Source: a bacterium (GTDB lineage: Bacteria; Desulfobacterota; Binatia; UBA12015). Taken from it: a DNA stretch of 58,283 bases. The stretch spans positions 1 to 58,283 of the forward strand of contig JAUIFY010000004.1 in NCBI GenBank assembly GCA_030430245.1. Reading direction: 5' to 3'. The translations under genes and the position numbers were made by a program. The number at the start of each line of letters is the position of its first letter. The stretch's first letter is position 1. A model generated the notes under the pieces. It made no database searches, was not told where the DNA came from, and saw only the letters and a list, made by a program, of their open reading frames with translations. This document shows, in pieces, positions 10,077 to 19,137 of the stretch.

Positions 10077-11431
10077 TCCGCCGAGACCGGCTCGCGCATC
10101 GTGACGAACTCCTCGGCCGCCGTCGGGTGGATGCCGATGGTCGCATCGAACTGCGCCTTGGTCGCCTTGCACTTCACGGCGATGGCGATGCCCTGAATGA
10201 TCTCGCCTGCATCCGGCCCGACCATGTGAACGCCCACGACGCGGTCCGAGGCGGAGTCGACGACAAGCTTCATCATCGTCTGCTCGCCGCGGCCGGTGAG
10301 CGTGTGTTTCAGCGCCCGGAACTTCGAGCGATAGACCTCGACGTCTCCGTAGCGCTCGCGCGCCTGCTCCTCGGTCAAACCGACACTCCCGATACTCGGC
10401 TGGCTGAAGACGGCCGAGGCGACGTCCTCGTGATCGGGCGACGTCGGCCGGCCGTCGAAGAGCGTCGCGGCGAGACACATGCCCTCGTGGATCGCGACCG
10501 GGGTCAGGCTGATGCGATCGGTCACGTCCCCGATTGCGTGGATGCTCGGCACGGACGACGCGCCGAACTCGTCGACCTCGATCGCTCCCCCCTTCCCCAG
10601 CTTCACTCCGGCCTTCTCCAGGCCGAGGCCCTTCGTGAGCGGAACCCGGCCGATCGCACACAGGATCTGGTCCACCTCGAGAGCCGAGCCGTCGTCGAGC
10701 GTCGCGACCAGCCCTCCGGCGGTCTTCTCGATGGAGGCGACCGTCGAGTCGAACCGCAGATCGATCTCCTTCTTGCGCATCTCCTCGGCGAGAGTCGTGC
10801 GGCAGTCGTCGTCGAAGCCACGAAGGAACAACGGCCCCCGGTAGACCTGCGTCACCTTCGAGCCCATGCCGTGGAGAATCCCCGCGAACTCGACGGCGAT
10901 GTAGCCCCCGCCGACGATGAGGATCCGCTTCGGCCGCCGCTCGAGCGCGAAGATCTCGTTCGAGCTGATCGCGTGCTCGGAGCCCGAGTGCTCCGGCATG
11001 CGGGGCCAGCCGCCCGTCGCGACGAGGATGTGCTCGGCGGTGATCCGCCTGCCGCCGACCTCGACCGTGTGCGGATCGACGATCGTCGCTCGATCCTCGA
11101 AGATCTGGACTCCGTTGCTCTCGAGGATGTTGCGATAGATCCCGTTCAGTCGCGCGATCTCGCGGTCCTTGTTGGCGATCAGGGTGCCCCAGTCGAAGCT
11201 GCACGGTCCCACGGTCCAGCCGTAGGCCGCCGCGTCTTCGAAATCCTCGGCGTAGTGCGAGGCGTAGACCATGAGCTTCTTGGGAATGCAGCCCACGTTC
11301 ACGCAGGTGCCCCCGAGCCGTCGCTCCTCGGCGACGGCGACCCGCGCCCCGTAGGAAGCGGACATCCGGCTCGCTCGGACGCCGCCGGAGCCGGCCCCGA
11401 TGGTGAAGAGATCGTAATCATAACGCGCCAT
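10073..11431 (-). CDS. gor: Glutathione-disulfide reductase
   Basis: IGAGSGGVRASR; GGTCVNVGCIPKK redox disulfide; GGGYIAVEFAG; C-terminal IHPTAAEEFVTMR. Confidence 0.95.
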   Translation of the reverse strand: MARYDYDLFTIGAGSGGVRASRMSASYGARVAVAEERRLGGTCVNVGCIPKKLMVYASHYAEDFEDAAAYGWTVGPCSFDWGTLIANKDREIARLNGIYRNILESNGVQIFEDRATIVDPHTVEVGGRRITAEHILVATGGWPRMPEHSGSEHAISSNEIFALERRPKRILIVGGGYIAVEFAGILHGMGSKVTQVYRGPLFLRGFDDDCRTTLAEEMRKKEIDLRFDSTVASIEKTAGGLVATLDDGSALEVDQILCAIGRVPLTKGLGLEKAGVKLGKGGAIEVDEFGASSVPSIHAIGDVTDRISLTPVAIHEGMCLAATLFDGRPTSPDHEDVASAVFSQPSIGSVGLTEEQARERYGDVEVYRSKFRALKHTLTGRGEQTMMKLVVDSASDRVVGVHMVGPDAGEIIQGIAIAVKCKATKAQFDATIGIHPTAAEEFVTMREPVSAE

Positions 11432-11480
11432 GGGACGTACTATCCCTTTTTCGGAGCGCCCCTGCTAATCCAGAGCCGCC

Positions 11481-13280
11481 ATGTACCAGGACGTCGGCAC
11501 CGCGACCCTGATCGAGGACCTGATCGAGCTGCCGACGTTCCGTGCCATCCGCGACTCGCTCGTGAGCGCGGGGGCGGGGGCGTTCCGGACGATGGGCTTG
11601 GTGTGCCGAGACCAGGCCGAGAAGATCCCGGACCGGATCGCGCTCCGCTTCGAAGCCGAGGAGGTCTCGTACGGTGCGTACAATGCCGGCGTGAACCGAT
11701 TCACACACCTCCTCCGACACCACGGCGTCGAGCGAGGCGACGTCGTCAACATCATGATGGAGAACTCACCGGCGATGTTGATGGCCCAAGGAGCGTGCGC
11801 CAAGCTCGGCGCGATCGGCGCCCTCGTGAACAGCCACCTCGAGGGCGATGCGCTCGCGCACGTCCACACCGCGTCGAAGGCGCGCGTCGCCCTCGTCGAT
11901 GCGGCGTGTACGGAAGCCGTCGTCCCGGTGCTCGACCGCCTCGGCGAAATCACGGTCCATGGCGACGACGCGCACGGCGCCTCGCACCCGAGCCTCCGAT
12001 CCCTTCCGGACGAGCTCGCCGGCGCCTCGGAGGACGAGCCCGACATCGCGGACGTGACCATCGGCGACGTGTTCCTCTACGTGTACACGTCGGGCACCAC
12101 CGGATTTCCGAAGCCCGCGATCGTGCGACACCTGCGCTTCACCGCCGGCGGGCACTCGCTCGCGATCATGCTCGGTGAGACCGAGGACGATTGCGCCTAC
12201 GCACCGACGCCGCTCTACCACGGCTACGCGAACTTCGTCGGGTTCGCCCCCGCCTTCCACAAGGGCGCGTGCTTCGCCTCCCGGCGGAGGTTCAGCGCGA
12301 GCGAGTTCCTGCACGACGTGCGGCGCCACCGGGCGACCGTCTTCTGCTACGTGGGCGAGCTCTGTCGGTACCTGATGCGCACGCCGGAGACGCCGCGCGA
12401 TCGGGATCACGCGATCCGAATCGCGACCGGCTCGGGACTGCGCCCCGACGTCTGGGAGGCGTTCCAGCGGCGGTTCGGCATCGCGCGCATCGTCGACTCG
12501 TATGGGCAGAGCGAGGGAAACGTCAGTCTTCAGAACCGGCGGGGGCGCGTCGGGTCGTGCGGACGGGCCCAGCCGTTCACCCATCACTTGCTGCGCCTCG
12601 GCCGCTACGACCACGAGGCGGGGGACCTCGTCCGCGGTGAGGACGGCTTCGTGGCCGAATGCCGCGTGGGAGAGACCGGCGAGCTGCTCGGCAAGATCGA
12701 TGCGCGAGCGACCATGGCGTTCGACGGATACGCCGACGCGAGGGACAACGAGCGAAAGCTCGTACGCGACTGCTTCGAGAAGGGCGACGTCTACCTTCGA
12801 ACCGGCGACCTCCTGCGCCGCGACTACGAATCGTACTACTACTTCGTCGATCGCATCGGAGACACGTTTCGGTGGAAGGGCGAGAACGTCGCGACGATGG
12901 AGGTCGAGCATCTGCTCAACGCCGCGCCATCGATTCACGAGTCGGCCGTGTACGGCGTACGCGTGCCGGGCACGGACGGCAGAGCCGGCATGGCTCTCGT
13001 CGTGCCGGCGACCGCGGCGAGCTTCGATCCGGCCGCGTTTCACCAGTTCGTTACGGGAGCCCTGCCTCCCTACGCGCGCCCTCTCTTCGTGCGCGTCGCG
13101 CGCGGCGTCGACGTGACGGGCAACTTCAAGACGCGCAAGACCCGCCTGCAAGCCGAGGGGTTCGACCCCTCGGCGGTCGGTGGTGATCCCCTCTGGTTCC
13201 GGGACGACGAGCGGCGAACCTTCGTACGTCTCGACCAGCCGCTCTTCGACCGGATCCGCGACGGCACCCTCCGGCTCTGA
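11481..13280 (+). CDS. FATP/very-long-chain acyl-CoA synthetase (FadD6-like)
   Basis: YTSGTTGFPK; YVGELCRYL; RTGDLL; DRIGDTFRWKGENVAT (FATP signature). Confidence 0.9.
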   Translation: MYQDVGTATLIEDLIELPTFRAIRDSLVSAGAGAFRTMGLVCRDQAEKIPDRIALRFEAEEVSYGAYNAGVNRFTHLLRHHGVERGDVVNIMMENSPAMLMAQGACAKLGAIGALVNSHLEGDALAHVHTASKARVALVDAACTEAVVPVLDRLGEITVHGDDAHGASHPSLRSLPDELAGASEDEPDIADVTIGDVFLYVYTSGTTGFPKPAIVRHLRFTAGGHSLAIMLGETEDDCAYAPTPLYHGYANFVGFAPAFHKGACFASRRRFSASEFLHDVRRHRATVFCYVGELCRYLMRTPETPRDRDHAIRIATGSGLRPDVWEAFQRRFGIARIVDSYGQSEGNVSLQNRRGRVGSCGRAQPFTHHLLRLGRYDHEAGDLVRGEDGFVAECRVGETGELLGKIDARATMAFDGYADARDNERKLVRDCFEKGDVYLRTGDLLRRDYESYYYFVDRIGDTFRWKGENVATMEVEHLLNAAPSIHESAVYGVRVPGTDGRAGMALVVPATAASFDPAAFHQFVTGALPPYARPLFVRVARGVDVTGNFKTRKTRLQAEGFDPSAVGGDPLWFRDDERRTFVRLDQPLFDRIRDGTLRL

Positions 13281-13359
13281 GCGACTCGACCGATCGGACA
13301 GCCCCACGGCGTTGATCCGACGCCGCCCGGTTGGCAGGCTCCTCCCCGAGGAGAGCCGC

Positions 13360-14607
13360 ATGCAGCTCGAAGACATCGACCTCTCGAAGCTCGCGAGCTT
13401 CGGAGGCGACATGCCGGACCATTGGTTCACGTTCCTGCGCGAGGAAGCGCCCGTGTGGTTCCACCCGCCCGTCGACGATTGCCCGGAGCTCGGAGGCGAA
13501 GGGTTCTGGGTCTTCTCGAAGTACGACGACATCCGATCCGCGAATCGGGACAGCCGGACGTTCTCGGCCGAGACGGGACCGGGACGCACCGGCGGTGGGA
13601 TCATGCTGCGCGACGTCGACCAGGCGCTCGGCTCCAACATGATCATGACCGATCCGCCGAAGCAGCAGCGGATGCGCCAGCTGGTCAACATCGGTTTCTC
13701 GCCGCGCGCCGTTCGAAGGCTCGAGCACTACACGCGAGCGCTCACGCGCGAGCGAATCGACGGCTTTCTCGCGCGCGGCGAGTGCGAGCTCGTGAGCGAG
13801 CTCGCGGCCGAAGTTCCGCTGCAGGTCATCGCGGAGATCCTCGGAGTCCCCGCGAGCGATCGGGAGAAGGTCTTCACCTGGACGAACAAGGCGCTCGACG
13901 ATTCCGACGACGACGATCGCATGAACGCGTACATCCAGATGTACGCGTATGCGAGTGAGCTGGGCCAGGAGAAGAAGGATCGCCCGACCGACGACATCTT
14001 CTCACGCGTCGTCGCCGCCGAGATCCCCGACGAGAACGGCACACCGGTGCGGTTGAACGAGTTCGAGATCGCGTCGTTCTTCCAGCTGATCGCGACCGGG
14101 GGCAGCGAAACGACGCGCAACGCGATCACGGGCGGGCTCCTCGCCTTCATCGACCATCCCGACCAACTCGAGCGACTGAGGAGCGATCGCGCGCTCCTGC
14201 CGAAGGCCACCGACGAGATCCTCCGCTGGACCAGTCCGGTCAACTATTTCCGACGCACGGCCACCCGCGACGTGGTCGTCCGCGACCAGACGATCCGCGC
14301 CGGCGACAAGGTCTCCCTCTGGCACTGCTCCGGAAACCGCGACGAGGACGTCTTCCGGGACCCGTTCCGCTTCGACATCACGCGCTCCCCCAACGACCAC
14401 CTCGCTTTCGGCGGCGGCGGCGCGCACTACTGCCTCGGGGCGAATCTCGCCAAGATGGAGATCGAGATCGTCTACGACGAGATGCTGAACCGCATGACCG
14501 AGTTCGAGGTCGCGGGCGAGATCGAGCGCTTCTACACGTCCTGGTACCTGAACGTCTTCGGCGGATACCAGAGGCTGCCCATCCGGTTCCGTACGCTCTC
14601 CGACTGA
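13360..14607 (+). CDS. Cytochrome P450, CYP124/125/142-like
   Basis: GGSETTRN I-helix; EILRWTSPV (ExxR); HLAFGGGGAHYCLGANLA heme cysteine; ATG 13360 after GAGGAG. Confidence 0.93.
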   Translation: MQLEDIDLSKLASFGGDMPDHWFTFLREEAPVWFHPPVDDCPELGGEGFWVFSKYDDIRSANRDSRTFSAETGPGRTGGGIMLRDVDQALGSNMIMTDPPKQQRMRQLVNIGFSPRAVRRLEHYTRALTRERIDGFLARGECELVSELAAEVPLQVIAEILGVPASDREKVFTWTNKALDDSDDDDRMNAYIQMYAYASELGQEKKDRPTDDIFSRVVAAEIPDENGTPVRLNEFEIASFFQLIATGGSETTRNAITGGLLAFIDHPDQLERLRSDRALLPKATDEILRWTSPVNYFRRTATRDVVVRDQTIRAGDKVSLWHCSGNRDEDVFRDPFRFDITRSPNDHLAFGGGGAHYCLGANLAKMEIEIVYDEMLNRMTEFEVAGEIERFYTSWYLNVFGGYQRLPIRFRTLSD

Positions 14608-14766
14608 CCCAACGTGCGGTCGCCGAACGCGCGCCGAGACCGGCCCGGTTCGCCATGCGCCCCTCTCCGTGCCGTCCGCCGACGGGCTCGGAACCCATCC
14701 CGCGGGAGCCCCGAGGGCGGAGCGCGGCGTCGGGCGAGGCTCCCGGTGGACGAGCGCGCCCGCACG

Positions 14767-14809
14767 CGAAAGCCGCTTCGTCCCGGGGCCCGGGACGAAG
14801 CGGCTTTCG
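14767..14809. repeat. Perfect 20-bp stem hairpin (possible bidirectional terminator or REP-like palindrome)
   Basis: cgaaagccgcttcgtcccgg-ggc-ccgggacgaagcggctttcg; extendable by cgca/tgcg with a 2-nt bulge. Confidence 0.85.
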
Positions 14810-14832
14810 TGCGACGAATCCGGCTCGATGCG

Positions 14833-14857
14833 GTAACCTGTCGGACGCGGAGACGTA
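14833..14857 (+). promoter_or_regulatory. Candidate ECF autoregulatory promoter GTAACC-N15-CGTA
   Basis: Resembles the GTAAC...CG(A/T) promoters of SigF/NrsF-type ECFs and lies at the 5' end of the sigma gene. Spacing is short and it abuts the first ATG. Confidence 0.35.
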
Positions 14858-15426
14858 TGGACGGGAACGAGGGGAAGGAGAGCGCAGGCACCGAGCCGGG
14901 CGCGCGAGCGATGTGGATGGAGAAGGCCCAGGCGGGCGACCGCCTGGCGTACCGGAGTCTTCTCGACGACATCCACGGCGAGCTCGCACGCTACGTCCGG
15001 CGACGAACCCGCGACCCCCAGGAAGTGGAGGACATCGTTCAGGAGGTTTTGCTCACGATCCACCGGGCACGCCATACGTTCGACCCCGCCCGGCCGTTCG
15101 AGCCGTGGATGTACGCGATCGCGCGCAACACGACGATCGACTACGGGCGCCGCCGCGCGACGCGCGGTCAGAGGGAGATCCTGACCGAACAACTTCCCGA
15201 GGTCGCCGCGGACGCCGCGTCCACGGACGCGCCCCTCACCGCGGCCTTGGCCCGACTGCCGCCGAACCAACGCGAGGCGTTCTCGATGCTCAAGCTCGAA
15301 GGCCTCTCCGTCGAGGCGGCCGCGGAACGAGCCGGGGTCACACCCGGAACACTCCGCGTCCGAGCCCACCGCGCCTACCGTGCGGTGAAGGCATCGATCG
15401 GAAGCGAAGCCGAGGGAGATCGTTGA
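14857..15426 (+). CDS. ECF RNA polymerase sigma factor (SigF-like, NrsF-associated)
   Basis: AQAGDRLAYRSLL; EDIVQEVLLTIHRARHTFDPARPFEPWMYAIARN; region 4 LPPNQREAF...RAHRAY. Alternative start at 14911. Confidence 0.9.
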   Translation: MDGNEGKESAGTEPGARAMWMEKAQAGDRLAYRSLLDDIHGELARYVRRRTRDPQEVEDIVQEVLLTIHRARHTFDPARPFEPWMYAIARNTTIDYGRRRATRGQREILTEQLPEVAADAASTDAPLTAALARLPPNQREAFSMLKLEGLSVEAAAERAGVTPGTLRVRAHRAYRAVKASIGSEAEGDR

Positions 15427-15427
15427 C

Positions 15428-16093
15428 GTGAGCGAGCCGCGCGACGATCTCGGAAGCACCGAATCCCTGATCGACCACTTGGTCGACGACCTGGAGCCGG
15501 TGAAGCGCGTTTGGTCTCCCGCCACGCACCTCGGGTTCTGGCTCGCCATCGAGCTCCTCGTCTTCGGGCTGATCGCGAGCCTCGCGCTCCGCATGGACGT
15601 CCTGGACCAGCTCGCGAACCCGCTCTTCCTGCTCGAGCTGACCCTCCTGATCGCAGCCGGCGGCCTGTCGGCGGCGATGGCGCTCCTGTCCGCGGTGCCC
15701 GGGCGGGAGCCGAGCCGCGGCGCGGTGGCCCTGGCGATCGCCCTGCTCGTGGGCTCGTTCGTGGCGCTCTACCAGGAGATGCCCGGGGCCGCACGCACTC
15801 TGGCGAGCGCACCGTGGGGGATGGCGTGCGCGCTGGAGACGATGGCGTTCGCGATCGTCCCGTGGCTCGCCCTCCTCTGGTTCGCCCGTCGCGGAGCCTC
15901 GCTCGTCCCGGTCCTGTCGGGCGGCCTCGCGGGCCTCGCGGCCTTTCTGCTCGCCGCCGCCACCATGCGCGTCGTCTGCCCGGTCGACGACTTCTGGCAC
16001 CTCGTGCTCTGGCATCTCACCCCGGTCGCCCTGGGCCTCGGCACGAGCTGCGCGATCGGCCTCCTCCTCCTCCGCGCGTGGCGCGAGGACTGA
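15428..16093 (+). CDS. NrsF/DUF1109 family membrane anti-sigma factor
   Basis: TESLIDHLVDDLEPVKR N-terminus, about six TM segments, two conserved-type Cys (MAC, VVCPVDD..HLVLWH); starts 1 bp after the sigma stop. Confidence 0.82.
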   Translation: MSEPRDDLGSTESLIDHLVDDLEPVKRVWSPATHLGFWLAIELLVFGLIASLALRMDVLDQLANPLFLLELTLLIAAGGLSAAMALLSAVPGREPSRGAVALAIALLVGSFVALYQEMPGAARTLASAPWGMACALETMAFAIVPWLALLWFARRGASLVPVLSGGLAGLAAFLLAAATMRVVCPVDDFWHLVLWHLTPVALGLGTSCAIGLLLLRAWRED

Positions 16094-16097
16094 CGGG

Positions 16098-16790
16098 CTA
16101 CGTCCGGTTCCTCCACTCGCGCAAGGCCGCGTGGAGGGCCGGCAGGCCGTCGTACACCTCGATCGCTCCCGCCGCGTGAAGGTCCGACTCTCCCGACACG
16201 CCGGTCGCGACACCCACCGCGGGCATGCCCGCAGCGCGGGAGGCCGCGATGTCGCCCGCGTTGTCTCCCACGCCGAGGCAGCGCTCGGGCGCGACACCGA
16301 GCTTCTCGCAACACGCGAGCATGCCTTCGGGATCGGGCTTGATGTGATCGAGGCCGTCGCGGCCGACGATCGCGCCGAAGCAGTCGAGCACCTTCTCGAG
16401 CTTCAGGACGTCGCGAATCACCCAATCGGGGTTCGAGCTCACGATCCCCGCGCGCAGCCCCAGAGCGGGCAACGCACGGAGAAGCTCTTCGGCCCCGTCG
16501 AACAGCTCGACCTGGCCGATGCCGACCGCCTCGTACTCCGCAAGCAGCTTCGACACCTCGACCTGGGCGCGCAGCAACGCCTCCCCGTCGAGATGGCCGC
16601 CCCGGGCGACGTGACCGTAGAGACCGAAGCACCCGCGGGGAGCACCCTCGAGATACTCTGCCGGCACGCCGTGGGCCTCGTACCTCGCACGCATGAGCGG
16701 GAGCGCCTCGCGCCACTTCACGAAGTTGCCGAGCGGGGCGAGCGTGCGATCGAAATCGAAGACGAGGGCCTGCAGGTCGGAAGAGAACAT
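16098..16790 (-). CDS. HAD-IA family phosphatase (phosphoglycolate phosphatase-like)
   Basis: VFDFDRTL motif I; VSSN motif II; KPDP motif III; VGDNAGDI motif IV. Confidence 0.88.
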   Translation of the reverse strand: MFSSDLQALVFDFDRTLAPLGNFVKWREALPLMRARYEAHGVPAEYLEGAPRGCFGLYGHVARGGHLDGEALLRAQVEVSKLLAEYEAVGIGQVELFDGAEELLRALPALGLRAGIVSSNPDWVIRDVLKLEKVLDCFGAIVGRDGLDHIKPDPEGMLACCEKLGVAPERCLGVGDNAGDIAASRAAGMPAVGVATGVSGESDLHAAGAIEVYDGLPALHAALREWRNRT

Positions 16791-16798
16791 CCCCGCTC

Positions 16799-17347
16799 CT
16801 ATACCAGGGCACGGCCGAGCGGGTACTCCGCCTCGGGGCGATGCACCGCCTGCTTCCTGGAAAGCCGCGACGAGTAGAGCCAGAAGCGGTCGATCTCGAT
16901 GGGCCCCTCCTCGAACAGGGCGTTCTGGCTGATGAAGCTGCCGACCGCCCGGGTGGGCGTTCGCCTCAGCCGCGCGAGCGTGACATGCGGCGCGAACTTG
17001 CGGCGCTCGGGCGCCACCCCGCTTCGGACGAGCGCCGCGTCGACCCGCTGGTGAAGGATTCGAAGCGCGTCGCTCCGCTCGACACCGACCCAGAGGACCC
17101 GCGGCTGGCCCCGGGGCGGAAAGTGTCCGACGCCCCGGAGCGTGAGAGGAAACGGCTCGACGCTCACGCTGCCGAGCCCATCGCGGATCTCGTCGAACAC
17201 GTGCTCCTCCACCTCCCCGATGAACCGGATGGTGAGGTGCATCTGCTCCGGCTCCGTCCACCGCGCGCCCGGCACGTCGCAGCACAACCCGGCGAGCCGT
17301 TCTCGAACGACGTCGGGAAGCTCGAGACTCACGAAGAGTCGAATCAC
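16799..17347 (-). CDS. thpR: RNA 2',3'-cyclic phosphodiesterase (2H phosphoesterase)
   Basis: IRLFVSL; two HxT motifs (MHLTIRFIG, PHVTLAR); PRVLWVG; GTGA overlap with the Nudix stop. Confidence 0.9.
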   Translation of the reverse strand: MIRLFVSLELPDVVRERLAGLCCDVPGARWTEPEQMHLTIRFIGEVEEHVFDEIRDGLGSVSVEPFPLTLRGVGHFPPRGQPRVLWVGVERSDALRILHQRVDAALVRSGVAPERRKFAPHVTLARLRRTPTRAVGSFISQNALFEEGPIEIDRFWLYSSRLSRKQAVHRPEAEYPLGRALV

Positions 17348-17955
17348 GCCTTCGAGCGAGCCTCTTCGTCGAGGAGCGCCGCGCGCAGGAAATCGCGGAT
17401 CATCCGATACGTCATGCCCCAGACCGTGTTCCCCTCGTAGAGAAACGCGGGAAAGTCGGCCCGGAAGTCCCCTCGCGCGATCGGGGTGGTCCCGTGGTAG
17501 CGATCGTCGCGGAAGACCCGCAAAGGAATCCAGACGACGTCGGCGACCTCTCTCGTATCGATCGTGGTCGGGCGGGGCCGATCGAGCTCGAAGAGGAACG
17601 GCGTGACGACCATGTCGAGCGCCTTGCCGCGGGCCTGCGCCTGCACGTCGTCGAGGCGCGAGATGAGCCGGCCGTGACGCGCGAGGTCGATCCCGACTTC
17701 CTCGAGAGTCTCGCGCATCGCGGTGTGCTCGAGCGTCGGATCGTGGGCGTCGCGATGCCCGCCCGGGAACGCCATGTGGCCGGACCACGGGTCGCCGTCG
17801 AGCTCTGCCCGCCGGATCAGGAGGACGTCCAGATCGTCGCCCGACGGGGTGAGCGTCATCGCCACCGCGGCGCGGCGCGCGTGCTCGAGATCCACGATCT
17901 GCGGATCCCGCTCGCTCAGTCGGTCGTCGATCGATCGGAGCAGCTTGCGCGCCAC
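17344..17955 (-). CDS. Nudix hydrolase, CoA pyrophosphatase (NudL-like)
   Basis: LLIRRA...PWSGHMAFPGG...TAMRETLEEVG Nudix box with CoAse motif; VTPF; VWGMT. Confidence 0.88.
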   Translation of the reverse strand: MARKLLRSIDDRLSERDPQIVDLEHARRAAVAMTLTPSGDDLDVLLIRRAELDGDPWSGHMAFPGGHRDAHDPTLEHTAMRETLEEVGIDLARHGRLISRLDDVQAQARGKALDMVVTPFLFELDRPRPTTIDTREVADVVWIPLRVFRDDRYHGTTPIARGDFRADFPAFLYEGNTVWGMTYRMIRDFLRAALLDEEARSKA

Positions 17956-17956
17956 G

Positions 17957-18259
17957 TCAGCGCTCTTCCCGCACCGCTTCCGGCGACCACTCGGTCGCAA
18001 GGCTGTGCTTCTTCGCGTCGTTGCACGGCTTGCACGCGGGGACCACGTTCCCCTTGGTCGTGCGTCCTCCGCGAATGATGGGCACCTTGTGATCCATCGT
18101 GAGCGCCTGCGCACCCACCTGCGCATCACAATAGTGGCAACGTCCGCGCGACTTTTTCTGCTTCCACCACGCCGACCGCCGAAGCTCTCGCGCTTTGGCT
18201 CGCTCGGCTCGGATCTGACTCTCGTCCACCGGGACGAGAAACGGGGCGGGATCGGACAT
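17957..18259 (-). CDS. Small HNH endonuclease
   Basis: ARELRRSAWWK; CHYC; MDHKVPIIRGG...NVVPACKPCN. Confidence 0.88.
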   Translation of the reverse strand: MSDPAPFLVPVDESQIRAERAKARELRRSAWWKQKKSRGRCHYCDAQVGAQALTMDHKVPIIRGGRTTKGNVVPACKPCNDAKKHSLATEWSPEAVREER

Positions 18260-18272
18260 CGCCCTCGAAAGT

Positions 18273-19046
18273 CTAGCTTCCGGCTACCACGGCCGGCAAG
18301 ATCAGGAAGAGCTGGATCGCGTCGAACACCGCGTGCGCGACCATGCACGGGATGACGTCGCGGCGCGTACGGAAGACGAGCCCGAACACGAGCGACACGG
18401 CGAAGACGCCCACAAGCATCAGAGGCAGACCGTAGCTCATGTGGCTCGTGGTGAAGAGGAGGGTCGACAGCGGCAGCCCGCACCGCGTCTGCAAGAACGA
18501 GCGGAAGAACGCCTCTTCCACGACTCCCGCGGAGAGGACCAGGAGGAGACGCTGGTACCAGGTGAGCTCGACGATGGTGCGGACCGTCGGAGGAATCTCC
18601 CCGTCGGCCGGGACGATTCCCGGCTCGAAGGCGACCGCGACCGTGCCGACGATCGCCATGGTCGTCATCGTGACCGCCCAGCCGGCCGCGCCCGCGGCGG
18701 CCCCGAGGCGCAGCCCATCGGCCAATCCATCGAGCCGCAAGTGGAGGAAGTCGCGCACCGGCGGCCGGCCGACGAGCAGCCACCACAAGAGCAGGAAGGC
18801 CGAGAGAAGCCCGTGGCCGAGGAACAGAGCGGCGAACGGCAGGTCCGGGATCTCCTGGTTCGGGTCGGTCTCCGAGAACTCGAGCAGCGGCGCGATGCAG
18901 GCCACTCCGAGCGTGAACGTGAGGAGTGCCAGGGCGAACGCCCTGCGGGACGCCGAGGGGAACCCCTCCACCTCGAGACGGCGCGAGCGCACGAGCACGA
19001 CGAGCAGTGCGCTCGACAGGAGAAGGGCCGCCAGGAAGGACGTCAT
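18273..19046 (-). CDS. CPBP (CAAX/Abi) intramembrane metalloprotease
   Basis: Multi-TM; AGVVEEAFFR, FTTSH and VAHAVFD motifs. Confidence 0.88.
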   Translation of the reverse strand: MTSFLAALLLSSALLVVLVRSRRLEVEGFPSASRRAFALALLTFTLGVACIAPLLEFSETDPNQEIPDLPFAALFLGHGLLSAFLLLWWLLVGRPPVRDFLHLRLDGLADGLRLGAAAGAAGWAVTMTTMAIVGTVAVAFEPGIVPADGEIPPTVRTIVELTWYQRLLLVLSAGVVEEAFFRSFLQTRCGLPLSTLLFTTSHMSYGLPLMLVGVFAVSLVFGLVFRTRRDVIPCMVAHAVFDAIQLFLILPAVVAGS

Positions 19047-19137
19047 TCCGCGCTCGGGAGTATACACCTCGAGCCCCGACAACGGACGACGGTGACGACG
19101 TGAAACAGCGTCGCCCGTCCGGCATATTCCAAGCACC

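Noticed and set aside
17957-18259. HNH gene as a homing endonuclease, phage or restriction marker
   Set aside because: Short stand-alone HNH embedded in a housekeeping-like operon, with no intron, methylase or phage genes around it.
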